Assembly: GCF_034670085.1 (NCBI RefSeq)
Contig: NZ_JAXMOD010000005.1
Location: forward strand, 228,449-292,448
DNA: 64,000 bases
Source: Psychroserpens sp.
Lineage (GTDB): Bacteria; Bacteroidota; Bacteroidia; Flavobacteriales; Flavobacteriaceae
Reading direction: 5' to 3'
In this document: positions 32,211 to 41,442 of the stretch, piece by piece
Layout: each line of letters begins with the position of its first letter
Position numbering within the stretch: position 1 is the first letter of the stretch
Position numbers and translations under genes: made by a program
Notes under the pieces: model-generated
Database searches by the model: none
What the model saw: the letters and a program-made list of their open reading frames with translations, nothing else
Told to the model about the DNA's origin: nothing

Positions 32211-33605
32211 ATGAAAACAACTTTACTAACGATACTTATTTGTGTAAGTATAAACTTGAGTATAAATTCTCAAACGACTTTTAGCGCAAAACAGCCAATT
32301 AATACCAATACAGATAATGCGCCTTTTGTAATTGATTCGGGTAATTTAGATGCAGACGCATTTCCAGATATCGTAATAGGCACAAATCTTGGAGACACAG
32401 TAGAATGGTATAAAAATAATGGTGATGGCACGTTTACATTACAACCGTTAATAGCTAATGACGTCACACAATGTGGAGGTGTAACTATAGCAGATCTCAA
32501 TAGTGATGGATTTAATGATGTAATCGCTTCTAATTTTGGAGATGATAAATTAGTCTGGTTTGAAAATGATGGAACTGGTAATTTTGAGCCTGAGCAAATA
32601 ATTTCAAGTTCCATAGATGGTTCTAGCGGAATTATTGCAGGATTTATTGATGGTGGTACAACAGTAGACGTTGGAGTTGTTGGTTTTAATTCTGGAGATA
32701 CTGTTTGGTTTTCAAATAACGGCTCTGGTGTATTTACTGGTCCTAATACCATAGAGTCGATACCTGGAAGTGGTCCTGGTAATTTAGATCTTGCCGATTT
32801 TGATGGTGATGGTGATAATGATATTGTGCTAATGAATTCTAATATTGGCACTGTCGAACTTTATTATAATGATTTAATTCCTGGCGGAACTGTTAGTTTT
32901 ATTAAAGATGTAAATACTGTGACTTCTGGTGAAGTATATCCATTTGATGTTAGCTTTGGTGATGTTGATGATGATAGTGATCTAGATATAGTTGTGGTAG
33001 ATCTTTTTGGTGGTGCTTCTGGTTTAGGTTGGTATCAAAAGGAATTAGACGGTACATTTACGGAAACTATTATTACTACGACCATAGCTAATCCTGCAAC
33101 TGCAAAAGTCGTAGATTTAGATAACGACACGTACAACGATATTCTTTTAAGTTCTGGAGGCTCAGGAGCAGGAACTGATATCGTTTGGTTTAGAAGTACA
33201 ATGACTGGGACTTTTGGTTCTGAAATGATTATTGATGATACTCAGAGTCAAACCTACGCGTTTACTTTGAACGATTTTGAAAATGATGGTGATATCGATA
33301 TAGCTAACATTGCTTACAATGATGATGATTTAAATTGGTTTGAAAACGAACTCATTACTTTAGGACTGAATAATGAAGTTCAGCAAACTATAAGCTTCTA
33401 CCCTAACCCAACGTCTTCAATCTTAAATTTTAAGGGCTTGGATTCCGTAGTGATTGATGTTTCTATTTTTGATATTTTAGGAAAAGAAATCCTAACAACT
33501 AAAATTGATGCATCATTAACTTTAGATGTGTCAAATCTTGAGAATGGCACATATTTAATAAAGTTTAAGGACAATGATAGTGTATTGAAATTCGTAAAAG
33601 AATAG
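32211..33605 (+). CDS. FG-GAP/VCBS-repeat protein with T9SS C-terminal sorting domain
   Basis: Signal peptide; repeated DxDxDGxxD-type motifs (ADLNSDGFNDV, ADFDGDGDNDIV, GDVDDDSDLDIVV, NDFENDGDIDIA); C-terminus ISFYPNPTSSILNFKG...GTYLIKF. Confidence 0.85.
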   Translation: MKTTLLTILICVSINLSINSQTTFSAKQPINTNTDNAPFVIDSGNLDADAFPDIVIGTNLGDTVEWYKNNGDGTFTLQPLIANDVTQCGGVTIADLNSDGFNDVIASNFGDDKLVWFENDGTGNFEPEQIISSSIDGSSGIIAGFIDGGTTVDVGVVGFNSGDTVWFSNNGSGVFTGPNTIESIPGSGPGNLDLADFDGDGDNDIVLMNSNIGTVELYYNDLIPGGTVSFIKDVNTVTSGEVYPFDVSFGDVDDDSDLDIVVVDLFGGASGLGWYQKELDGTFTETIITTTIANPATAKVVDLDNDTYNDILLSSGGSGAGTDIVWFRSTMTGTFGSEMIIDDTQSQTYAFTLNDFENDGDIDIANIAYNDDDLNWFENELITLGLNNEVQQTISFYPNPTSSILNFKGLDSVVIDVSIFDILGKEILTTKIDASLTLDVSNLENGTYLIKFKDNDSVLKFVKE

Positions 33606-33630
33606 CTTTTACAACTAAGAAATAAATTTT

Positions 33631-33659
33631 AAAACGCTAGCATTTCGCTGGCGTTTTTA
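33631..33659. terminator. Bidirectional intrinsic terminator
   Basis: aaaacgctagc atttc gctggcgtttt. It overlaps the stop codon of the minus-strand gene. Confidence 0.7.
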
Positions 33660-33941
33660 TTTGTTGAAGAATTTAATAAGCAACATAATAAGTTTAAAGA
33701 TCAACCATAATGAAATACCTGCTCCTAAAAATGATTTAAAACCTTTCTTTTCATTCTTTTTGTGAATAGATCTTGAGGTTTTTCGAAAAACAGGAGTGAT
33801 TTCAACTACTTTATTAAAGTCTTTACATTGATCTTGAAAGTTAGGAATATTGTTTGTTAAACCACATAAAATTCCATATCGCTCATCTATAATATGATTT
33901 TTACATGTTTTGCAAATTTTATCACGTTCAACTTTAGTCAT
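33657..33941 (-). CDS. Small zinc-ribbon-like protein with a C-terminal TM anchor
   Basis: CKTCKNH...CGL...CKDF cysteine pattern, then the hydrophobic tail GAGISLWLIFKLIMLLIKFF. Confidence 0.55.
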   Translation of the reverse strand: MTKVERDKICKTCKNHIIDERYGILCGLTNNIPNFQDQCKDFNKVVEITPVFRKTSRSIHKKNEKKGFKSFLGAGISLWLIFKLIMLLIKFFNK

Positions 33942-33983
33942 GAGGATTAAATTTTGTTAAATTTAGGGTTTTATCTTAATTAT

Positions 33984-35219
33984 ATGTCAATATTAATTAT
34001 CAATATTAAAGAACTCGTTCAAGTAAGAGAAACTAATGTCACCATTGTAAAAGGTAAAGACATGAGACTTTTACCTACAATTGAAAATGCCTACTTATTT
34101 ATAGATCATGATACTATTGTAGAATACGGAAGTATGGAAGATCTAGCTGGCATTGAAGCTGATGAAACAATAGATGCAACTGGCAAGACTGTTTTGCCTA
34201 CTTGGTGTGATTCGCATACACATATTGTTTATGCAGGTGATAGAACTCAAGAGTTTGTAGATCGAATAAATGGTTTATCCTATGAAGATATTGCCAATCG
34301 AGGTGGTGGAATTTTAAATTCAGCCGAAAAGTTACAAAACACTTCAGAAGACGACCTTTATCAACAAGCAGCAAATCGACTAAAAGAAGTTATTAAACTT
34401 GGTACTGGAGCTATTGAGATTAAATCGGGCTATGGATTAACTGTCGAAGCAGAACTAAAAATGCTTCGCGTTATTAAACGGTTAAAGAAAGACTTTCCTA
34501 TTAAAGTAAAACCAACATTGCTCGCTGCTCACGCGATTCCAAAGGAATTTAAAGACAATAAAAAAGGGTTCATCGATGTAGTAATTAATGAATTAATTCC
34601 TGCTGTAGCAAAAGAACATCTAGCAGAATACATAGATGTATTTTGTGAAAAGGGTTATTTTGATTTGGAAGATACAGAGCGTGTTCTTGAAGCTGGCACT
34701 AAACATGGATTGACGCCAAAAATACATGTGAATCAATTTAATGCCTTTGGAGGTGTAGCTTTAGGTGTGAAACATAAGGCATTATCAGTAGATCATCTTG
34801 AAGAATTAAATTCAGAAGATGTAGATGCATTAAAACAATCTCATACGATTCCTGTTGCCTTACCTGGTTGCTCCTATTTTTTGAGTATACCTTATACACC
34901 AGCCAGACAACTTATTGATGCTGGTCTGCCTTTGGCAATAGCAACCGATTATAATCCAGGATCAACACCAAGCGGAAATATGAATTTTGTGGTTTCTGCA
35001 TCCTGTATTAAAATGAAAATGACACCAGAAGAAGCCATCAATGCTGCAACGATTAATGGTGCTTATGCTATGAATATTTCTAATATGTATGGAAGCATTT
35101 GTCGAGGCAAGAAAGCAAATATTATAATTACTAAAGCTATTCCGAGTTATCACTATTTAGCCTATGCCTTTGGTGATAACCATATAGATACTGTAATTAT
35201 TAATGGTCAGAAATTCTAG
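33984..35219 (+). CDS. hutI: Imidazolonepropionase
   Basis: PTWCDSHTHIVYAGDR, GGGILNS, EIKSGYGL, KIHVNQF and ATDYNPGS are amidohydrolase/HutI motifs. The start is set at the first ATG (MSILIINIKE). Confidence 0.9.
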   Translation: MSILIINIKELVQVRETNVTIVKGKDMRLLPTIENAYLFIDHDTIVEYGSMEDLAGIEADETIDATGKTVLPTWCDSHTHIVYAGDRTQEFVDRINGLSYEDIANRGGGILNSAEKLQNTSEDDLYQQAANRLKEVIKLGTGAIEIKSGYGLTVEAELKMLRVIKRLKKDFPIKVKPTLLAAHAIPKEFKDNKKGFIDVVINELIPAVAKEHLAEYIDVFCEKGYFDLEDTERVLEAGTKHGLTPKIHVNQFNAFGGVALGVKHKALSVDHLEELNSEDVDALKQSHTIPVALPGCSYFLSIPYTPARQLIDAGLPLAIATDYNPGSTPSGNMNFVVSASCIKMKMTPEEAINAATINGAYAMNISNMYGSICRGKKANIIITKAIPSYHYLAYAFGDNHIDTVIINGQKF

Positions 35220-35231
35220 GATTATTTTACC

Positions 35232-35270
35232 AAAAAAAATCCGAAAGCTCATTGAACTTTCGGATTTCAG
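35232..35270. terminator. Bidirectional intrinsic terminator
   Basis: aaaaaaa + atccgaaag ctcattgaa ctttcggat + tt. Confidence 0.8.
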
Positions 35271-35288
35271 ATGTATATCATTTTGAAA

Positions 35289-36170
35289 CTATTTCAAAGT
35301 AAACTCAGAAGTAGAGACCAATTCATTTTTGTTAAAAACATTGACCACATAACGTCCAGAATTAAAATCTTCATTTGGAGGAATAAACTCGCAAATATCT
35401 AAGCTTTTATTCTCGTAATTAAATTTACTTATGATGCTGTAATTTAATATCGTCTGTTCAAATTGAATTTGTTCATTAGCACCTAATACATTGTTTTTAG
35501 GATCTAAAACCTGAACGTATAATTCTTTATCTCCTGCACCAACTAATGCGTTTTTGGCAACTGTATAACATACTCTAATCTTATCACTACGTTTTGCTCT
35601 TTCTGTAGGAATTAGTTTGCCAGAACTTCTTTCAATAACTCCAAAGCCTTTTAAACTAACAGTTTGTAATACTGCTGCGTTTTCCACGACCTCAGAAAGT
35701 TGTGTGTTTTGAACTAATAATGAATCTGTAAATACTGTGCGTTCTGCCAACTGCATATTTGTACTATCTAGCGATGTTGCCAATAATTCATTTTCTATTT
35801 TGAGTTTATCGTTTTCTGTTAACAATACATCCATTTCCTCTTGAAGTGCCATGAATTTCTTTTTATATCTCCATAAACTATTTACACTATTTTGAGAAAT
35901 TTTTAAAGAATCCATTAAACCTTGAATACGATCTCTGGCTTCAACAAGATTCTGATTTGCAACTTCATTTTCACCAATAGCAATATCATATTGTTTTGCC
36001 ATAGAACTTAAATCAGCCATAACCTGATTTTTCTCTTTGGTTAATGTCGCTTCATTTTCTTTTTTCTCATTATACAATTTAGAAGTGTAAAATGCAGTAC
36101 CTAAAAATAAAGCCAATAAGATACCTAAAGCAATTTTTAACCCAATACCCTTACTGTTTGAATTTTCCAT
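35289..36170 (-). CDS. Membrane-anchored coiled-coil protein with a C-terminal beta domain, unknown function
   Basis: N-terminal TM GIGLKIALGILLALFLGTAFY, about 130 aa of heptad-like sequence, then a beta-rich C-terminus (RVCYTVAKN...YVQVLDPKNN...RYVVNVF). Confidence 0.65.
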   Translation of the reverse strand: MENSNSKGIGLKIALGILLALFLGTAFYTSKLYNEKKENEATLTKEKNQVMADLSSMAKQYDIAIGENEVANQNLVEARDRIQGLMDSLKISQNSVNSLWRYKKKFMALQEEMDVLLTENDKLKIENELLATSLDSTNMQLAERTVFTDSLLVQNTQLSEVVENAAVLQTVSLKGFGVIERSSGKLIPTERAKRSDKIRVCYTVAKNALVGAGDKELYVQVLDPKNNVLGANEQIQFEQTILNYSIISKFNYENKSLDICEFIPPNEDFNSGRYVVNVFNKNELVSTSEFTLK

Positions 36171-36280
36171 AATTTACTTTTGTTTATTTGTTATTTTAAA
36201 ACGTTAATTCTTTTAATTTTTTGCAAAGCTGAAAATAAAAAACTGTACTTTTAATACGTCAAAATTAATCAATTTTGTTG

Positions 36281-37303
36281 ATGGAATACTTAAAACTTTT
36301 TACAACTTCAGAATTATCTACAATTCTGAAAAAGCGCCCTAAAGAAACCAAATTCGGAGAACATATTATGTTACTTCCAGACTTTGACAATATATACGAA
36401 CAATTGTTAAAAATGGACGTCTCCTATGTTCTTTTTGGTATAAAAGAAGATGTTGGAGTTTTTGCAAATTACGGAAACACAGGTGCTTGTGAAGCTTGGG
36501 ACGCGACTATAAAAGTTTTGCTAAATATCCAAAGTAATGTGAATACACATGCTAAGAAAGTTGCCGTTTTAGGTTGTTTAGACTTTGAAAAGTATCAAAA
36601 TAAGCTTGAGACACTTGATCAGAATAAGAAAAAAGACATTCAGAAAGCTAGAAAATTAGTATCAAAAATTGATGAAAGCGTGACCTATTTAGTGTCACAA
36701 ATTGTAAGTGCAGGTAAAATCCCTATCATTATAGGTGGTGGTCATAATAATGCTTATGGTAATATAAAAGGAACGTCTTTAGCACTTAAAAAGCCTATTA
36801 ATACTATAAATTTTGATGCGCATCATGATTTTAGAGCAGAAGAAGGACGACATAGTGGGAATGGATTTAGTTATGTGTATGCTGAAGGTTTTCTAAAAAA
36901 TTATTTCATTTTCGGACTGCATGAAAACTATACTTCTGATACTATTTTTAAAACCATAAATAAGTTAAAATCTATTCAGTATAATACGTTTGAAACTATA
37001 AAAATAACGCAAAACACTGATTTTACATCTGAAATGGAATTAGGTTTAAATCACATTGAAAAAAAGCACTTTGGAATAGAAATAGATTGTGATGCTATTC
37101 AGAACACACCAAGTAGTGCAATGACTCCTAGTGGTTTTTCTGCTAATGAAGCACGTCAGTTTGTACATTATTTTGGAGCACATGAAAATGCATCCTATTT
37201 GCATATTTGTGAAGCAGCACCTACTCCTGAAAATGAAACTCAAGTTGGAAAACTTATTGCTTATCTTATAACAGATTTTATTAGAGCACATGAAGGCCAT
37301 TGA
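36281..37303 (+). CDS. Arginase-fold ureohydrolase, formimidoylglutamase-like
   Basis: IIIGGGHNNAYG, NFDAHHDFR and IEIDCDAI match the Mn-binding motifs of the arginase/HutG family. The start is set at the ATG (MEYLKLF). Confidence 0.7.
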   Translation: MEYLKLFTTSELSTILKKRPKETKFGEHIMLLPDFDNIYEQLLKMDVSYVLFGIKEDVGVFANYGNTGACEAWDATIKVLLNIQSNVNTHAKKVAVLGCLDFEKYQNKLETLDQNKKKDIQKARKLVSKIDESVTYLVSQIVSAGKIPIIIGGGHNNAYGNIKGTSLALKKPINTINFDAHHDFRAEEGRHSGNGFSYVYAEGFLKNYFIFGLHENYTSDTIFKTINKLKSIQYNTFETIKITQNTDFTSEMELGLNHIEKKHFGIEIDCDAIQNTPSSAMTPSGFSANEARQFVHYFGAHENASYLHICEAAPTPENETQVGKLIAYLITDFIRAHEGH

Positions 37304-37763
37304 AATCATACCTTTCGATAATCAATATGCGAACGATTTCTATAAATTAAACATAGAATGGTTAAAAACGTACTTTTACGTAGAACCGTTTGATGAAGAT
37401 GTCTTAGGTCAACCAAAAACACACATCATTAATAAAGGAGGTCATATCTTTTTTGCGAAATGTGATGACTTCATACTGGGAACAGTGGCACTAATGCCTA
37501 CAAACGACCCTAAAGTATTCGAATTGACTAAAATGGCTGTTCTACCTGATTTACGAGGACAAAAAATTGGTCAACAGCTACTGCAACATTGTATAGATTT
37601 TGCCAAATCAATTCAATTGGAAGCATTAATGCTCTATTCGGCAACAAAACTGGAAAACGCTATTTATTTGTATAGGAAATATGGCTTTGTAGAACTAGAA
37701 CTTGAAAAAAACAGTCCGTATGTGCGAAGTGATATTAAAATGGAATTAAAGTTTATTTATTAA
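37290..37763 (+). CDS. GNAT family N-acetyltransferase
   Basis: VALMPTNDPKVFELTKMAVLPDLRGQKIGQQLLQHCIDFAK (Q/RxxGxG/A acetyl-CoA loop) and YRKYGF. It overlaps the upstream gene end by 14 nt. Confidence 0.8.
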   Translation: MKAIEIIPFDNQYANDFYKLNIEWLKTYFYVEPFDEDVLGQPKTHIINKGGHIFFAKCDDFILGTVALMPTNDPKVFELTKMAVLPDLRGQKIGQQLLQHCIDFAKSIQLEALMLYSATKLENAIYLYRKYGFVELELEKNSPYVRSDIKMELKFIY

Positions 37764-39003
37764 ACTTCAAAATTTTCGTATTAATAATTTTATCATCTAG
37801 CTGAATTAATAAGGTATAAACACCTGAAGCATAGGTTGACAAATCTATAGTTTGGTTTAAAAAGTTTGCTTTAGACTGTACAACTTGTCCAAAACTATTT
37901 ATAAGCTGAAAAGCGAAAGGTTTGTTGTTTTTAAAAGTAATATTCAAAATTCCAGTCGTTGGGTTTGGATACATAGTTACAGCATTTGAATCATACTCGT
38001 AATCGTTAGTTGATAATGATAAACAACTTGTATTAATAATGATTAAACCATCATTTGAAGCTGCATAAATCGTTTCTGAATCATATTGAGATTCTTCAAA
38101 AAGATTAACACCTGGAAGCGTTTGGGAATTATTATCCAAGAATTCCCAATCATTTTGACCTTTGAAAGCAATTTTTCCATCTCCTGTATTCTCAGGCTCA
38201 CCTGCTCCTATCCATAAATACCCTTGGGAATCAAATTTAACAGCATTAGCAACTAAACCGCTAATGTTGTCCATGTCATTGAAAATTGTAGGTGTGTTTT
38301 CATTGTGCTCAATTAACCAATTGTCATTTTCAAATTTTAATAAGCCATACCAGTTTGTAGCATATACAATATCTGAATGTGCTGTAATGCCATTCAGAAA
38401 ATTAAAAGACTCAATAGGTAATATAGAATTTGTGACATCATACACATTCCAGTTGATGCCATCAAAGGTTAATATATCATATTCATAAAAGGCATAATTA
38501 GATAACCAGAGATTTCCGTTGTCATCATAATCCATAGACGTGGTCATCCCACAACATGACGGTGTAACTAATGTTTGTAAATCTTGAGTGTAAATAATTT
38601 GATTACTGGCATTTAAAATATTGAATTCATATTGAGCAGCAATTGCTAAATTATCATTAGGTGTAGTTGTCATTACGCCTTGAATAGTAGTGCTTATTTC
38701 TTGAAAATTATCATTTGATAGTTGCATTAAGGATAAGTCTGTACTTACATACAATCGTCCATTAATGTTTAGAACCGACTTTATTGAATTGCTTGAAATA
38801 GTGCTATTAGAAGTTGTATATATCTGAAAGTCTTCAGTTATTTTATCATATGAAATTAGTCCATTATTGTAAGTGCCTAACCAAATAAATTGGTTGTCAT
38901 CTGTTACTGAACTCACATTATAACCACTAAGTACGATATCAAAACATGCTGTTTGCGAATTACAAATTTGTGCACAAAGAAGTAAGGCAAATAATAGTCT
39001 CAT
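37753..39003 (-). CDS. Beta-propeller-like secreted protein with T9SS C-terminal sorting domain
   Basis: Signal peptide MRLLFALLLCAQICNSQ; repeated W/Y-containing blades (FIWLGTYNNGL, NLWLSNY, YLWIGAG); C-terminus VTMYPNPTTGILNITF...GVYTLLIQ. It is on the same strand as the upstream cluster, 68 nt after it. Confidence 0.8.
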   Translation of the reverse strand: MRLLFALLLCAQICNSQTACFDIVLSGYNVSSVTDDNQFIWLGTYNNGLISYDKITEDFQIYTTSNSTISSNSIKSVLNINGRLYVSTDLSLMQLSNDNFQEISTTIQGVMTTTPNDNLAIAAQYEFNILNASNQIIYTQDLQTLVTPSCCGMTTSMDYDDNGNLWLSNYAFYEYDILTFDGINWNVYDVTNSILPIESFNFLNGITAHSDIVYATNWYGLLKFENDNWLIEHNENTPTIFNDMDNISGLVANAVKFDSQGYLWIGAGEPENTGDGKIAFKGQNDWEFLDNNSQTLPGVNLFEESQYDSETIYAASNDGLIIINTSCLSLSTNDYEYDSNAVTMYPNPTTGILNITFKNNKPFAFQLINSFGQVVQSKANFLNQTIDLSTYASGVYTLLIQLDDKIINTKILKFNK

Positions 39004-39071
39004 GTTTTAAAGAATCAAAATCTTTTAAAGGTAGCCCTTTTATAATGAAATTCTAAATGTAAATAGACATT

Positions 39072-40772
39072 CTAATGCTCTCCAGTTGCCTTCAATGAAT
39101 CAATTTTGCGTTGCAAGGCTTCAATTTCTTTGGTCTTTTCATCGATTTTAGGCATCGCCATAATAGAATCAACTGCTTGCTGAATTATAAGATCTTCATC
39201 TATGAGTTCTTCTTGGTAGAAATAACCGATGCCTTCACTTGATCTCCAAGCCTCTCCTAATTGGTCATACACTTCCTTATCCCAAGTACTTGGATGTTTT
39301 ACATCTATCCATACTACATCGCGATATTCACTATCAATCAAAACCAAATCTGGTGTTGCAGAACCATCAAATTGTTGATCGTTGACATTACTAATAGCAG
39401 AAATTGTTCCTAGAAAAAACATTCGCTTTCTACCTGCAATATCTTTAATATATGGTCTAAACTCTACAGGTGTATTTGCTGTCCAATCGATTTCTTTTTT
39501 AGATTCTTTCACCTTTTGAGGCATTGCAGACACTCCAGCATAACCTTGTTTTTTTGCTGCATGATCGTAATAATATAATTTATCTGTTCCATCTGCAGGA
39601 ATAAATACGCTATAGCTTAAACTAGTTCGTTCATCACCAATAGGTTCTAAACCAAACCAATGATATAAACCACTATAGGCATCACTTTCTGAGCCAGCAA
39701 AATCAAAATCGGTGACATATGGTTGTTGATTCTGATCTTTTGGCATTTTTGGGATTTTAACTGCTGTCAACATATTCCATGGTAAAGGATCACTAAAACC
39801 TCCTAAGAATTTTAAAGATTCTGCTTGTAAACGAGATACCTTTTCTGCCAAGGTGTTTTGTTTATTGAGGTATGGAAAGTTTTTCATCTCATCAGGAGCA
39901 ATATAAGTTCCTTTTCCAATGGTTATACGTTCCATATAATCATTAAAATCATGTTCACCATTTTCAATAACCATGACACCACCAAAACTTGGATATGGAA
40001 AGAAAAAGCCTTTCCACTTAATTAAACTCACGACTTGTACCCATTCTCCATTATCATCTTTCATATAAAACGTATCACTAGGTTCGTAGTTCACCAACAT
40101 CCAAGGGTTGAATCGTTGTACCACTGCGTTATACGTATTGCGGCTAAATTTCAATGTTTCACCTATTGAAAAGGTCACAGGAATTCTATTTTCATTTGAA
40201 AAACGAGGAAATGGCGTTGTACTAGAAACGGCAAAGACCTCTTCTGTATTATCACTTATTTGTTGAAAGGTATAGTTTTCAGAAGGCTGAATGGCCATGG
40301 TCCATTTATTTTCATTATCCACTCGAACTAAATGCGGAAGTGAAACATCTTTGGTCTCTCCTACACTTTCGTTAGCCATGGTGAAAATATTCTGTAACGG
40401 TTGAATCCGTTCATTTTGTGTAAAAGGTAATTCGTTAATTTCAACCTTATTTATATCATTGAAAACGTTATACGTCTTCATATAATCATATAATTTTAGA
40501 TGCCATCCTGCAAGATATATTAAACCATAAAAGGCAATTAAAGCCACAAGAATTCCTAAACGCTTTCCTGTACTGGCCGAACTTCTAAATTTTTTAAGTC
40601 CGAATAGCAATACTATCAGACTTAAAATGATGATAAAGATGTATTTTCTGATAAATAATAATCCAGGTTGATAATCGTCACGCAGCACAAAAAGAGCGAT
40701 AAGCAATATGAGGCTTACTATAATAGTTATGACTTTTTGTTTTTTTCCTTTATTCCAATATGATTTGATCAT
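39072..40772 (-). CDS. 3-TM membrane protein with a large (about 475 aa) predicted periplasmic domain and a C-terminal coiled coil; unknown function (cluster gene 8)
   Basis: K-rich N-terminus, then TMs VITIIVSLILLIALFVL, YIFIIILSLIVLLFGL and LGILVALIAFYGLIYLAGW, then a long soluble domain. It ends in EKTKEIEALQRKIDSLKATGEH. No family recognised. Confidence 0.75.
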   Translation of the reverse strand: MIKSYWNKGKKQKVITIIVSLILLIALFVLRDDYQPGLLFIRKYIFIIILSLIVLLFGLKKFRSSASTGKRLGILVALIAFYGLIYLAGWHLKLYDYMKTYNVFNDINKVEINELPFTQNERIQPLQNIFTMANESVGETKDVSLPHLVRVDNENKWTMAIQPSENYTFQQISDNTEEVFAVSSTTPFPRFSNENRIPVTFSIGETLKFSRNTYNAVVQRFNPWMLVNYEPSDTFYMKDDNGEWVQVVSLIKWKGFFFPYPSFGGVMVIENGEHDFNDYMERITIGKGTYIAPDEMKNFPYLNKQNTLAEKVSRLQAESLKFLGGFSDPLPWNMLTAVKIPKMPKDQNQQPYVTDFDFAGSESDAYSGLYHWFGLEPIGDERTSLSYSVFIPADGTDKLYYYDHAAKKQGYAGVSAMPQKVKESKKEIDWTANTPVEFRPYIKDIAGRKRMFFLGTISAISNVNDQQFDGSATPDLVLIDSEYRDVVWIDVKHPSTWDKEVYDQLGEAWRSSEGIGYFYQEELIDEDLIIQQAVDSIMAMPKIDEKTKEIEALQRKIDSLKATGEH

Positions 40773-40783
40773 TCTTTGATTTT

Positions 40784-40851
40784 TGTCATTCTGCGCTGCG
40801 ACGCAGAATCAATTTAATATGTATGGATTCCGCATCAATTGCGGAATGACA
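40784..40851. repeat. GC-rich compound palindromic element (REP-like) in the intergenic gap of the cluster
   Basis: tgtcatt-ctgcgctgcgacgcag-aat...att-ccgcatcaattgcgg-aatgaca. It has two internal hairpins (ttctgcg/cgcagaa and attccgca/tgcggaat) bracketed by tgtcatt/aatgaca, with no U-run. Confidence 0.75.
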
Positions 40852-40857
40852 GTTGTT

Positions 40858-41394
40858 TTACATCAACCCTTTATCTTTTAAACGTTCTCGTGCCGATTTT
40901 TGATCAGGACTTGTTTCAGGTTTAATAGCTTCTTTAGTATCTTCTAAGACTTCTTTGTCTTTATTTTTAAAATCATCGATAAGATCTTTACCTTTTTCGA
41001 CTACACTATCAAATTTATCTTCTAAAGTTTCACTCTGTTCTTCAATAACTTTTGAAGATTTAAGTACAAAATTGGCAAGGTACGTTCCAATTAAAGTGCC
41101 TGTTGCAAAAGATGCAAACCCAGAGAGTACAAAATAATTAGTGAAAACTTCTACAGGTGTTAAAAATTGAATGATTAGTCCTATGATAAGCATACTTGTA
41201 ATAATAAAAATCAACCGTGGAATAAATGCACGTTGATAAATGAATCCTTTTTTACTGTCTGGAGCCATTTGTAATTCTTTACTATTGACTATTTTATTTA
41301 AAAAGCGATAGACACCATTTCCATTAGATTCTCTCCAGTATAAAAATATACCAAAAAGTATTGCAGCAATAAATATGACTAGTTCTAATCCCAT
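40858..41394 (-). CDS. 3-TM membrane protein with a highly charged C-terminal tail; unknown function (cluster gene 7)
   Basis: TMs LELVIFIAAILFGIFLYW, LIFIITSMLIIGLIIQFL and FVLSGFASFATGTLIGTYLANFVL, then a roughly 65-aa Glu/Lys/Asp-rich tail. Confidence 0.7.
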   Translation of the reverse strand: MGLELVIFIAAILFGIFLYWRESNGNGVYRFLNKIVNSKELQMAPDSKKGFIYQRAFIPRLIFIITSMLIIGLIIQFLTPVEVFTNYFVLSGFASFATGTLIGTYLANFVLKSSKVIEEQSETLEDKFDSVVEKGKDLIDDFKNKDKEVLEDTKEAIKPETSPDQKSARERLKDKGLM

Positions 41395-41442
41395 AGTTGT
41401 TGATTTTTAGTTTGAAGCCTTTATAAAGTTAGTCTAATTTTG

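Noticed and set aside
32270-32851. 193-aa minus-strand ORF inside the FG-GAP/T9SS gene. Similar antisense ORFs occur at 28035-28379, 26948-27235, 38162-38488, 42766-43137, 48061-48352, 20280-20546 and 6304-6525.
   Set aside because: Each lies entirely within a longer ORF on the other strand that has clear family motifs. Their translations are low-complexity (Ser/Pro/Leu/Ile-rich) mirror images typical of shadow ORFs in AT-rich DNA.
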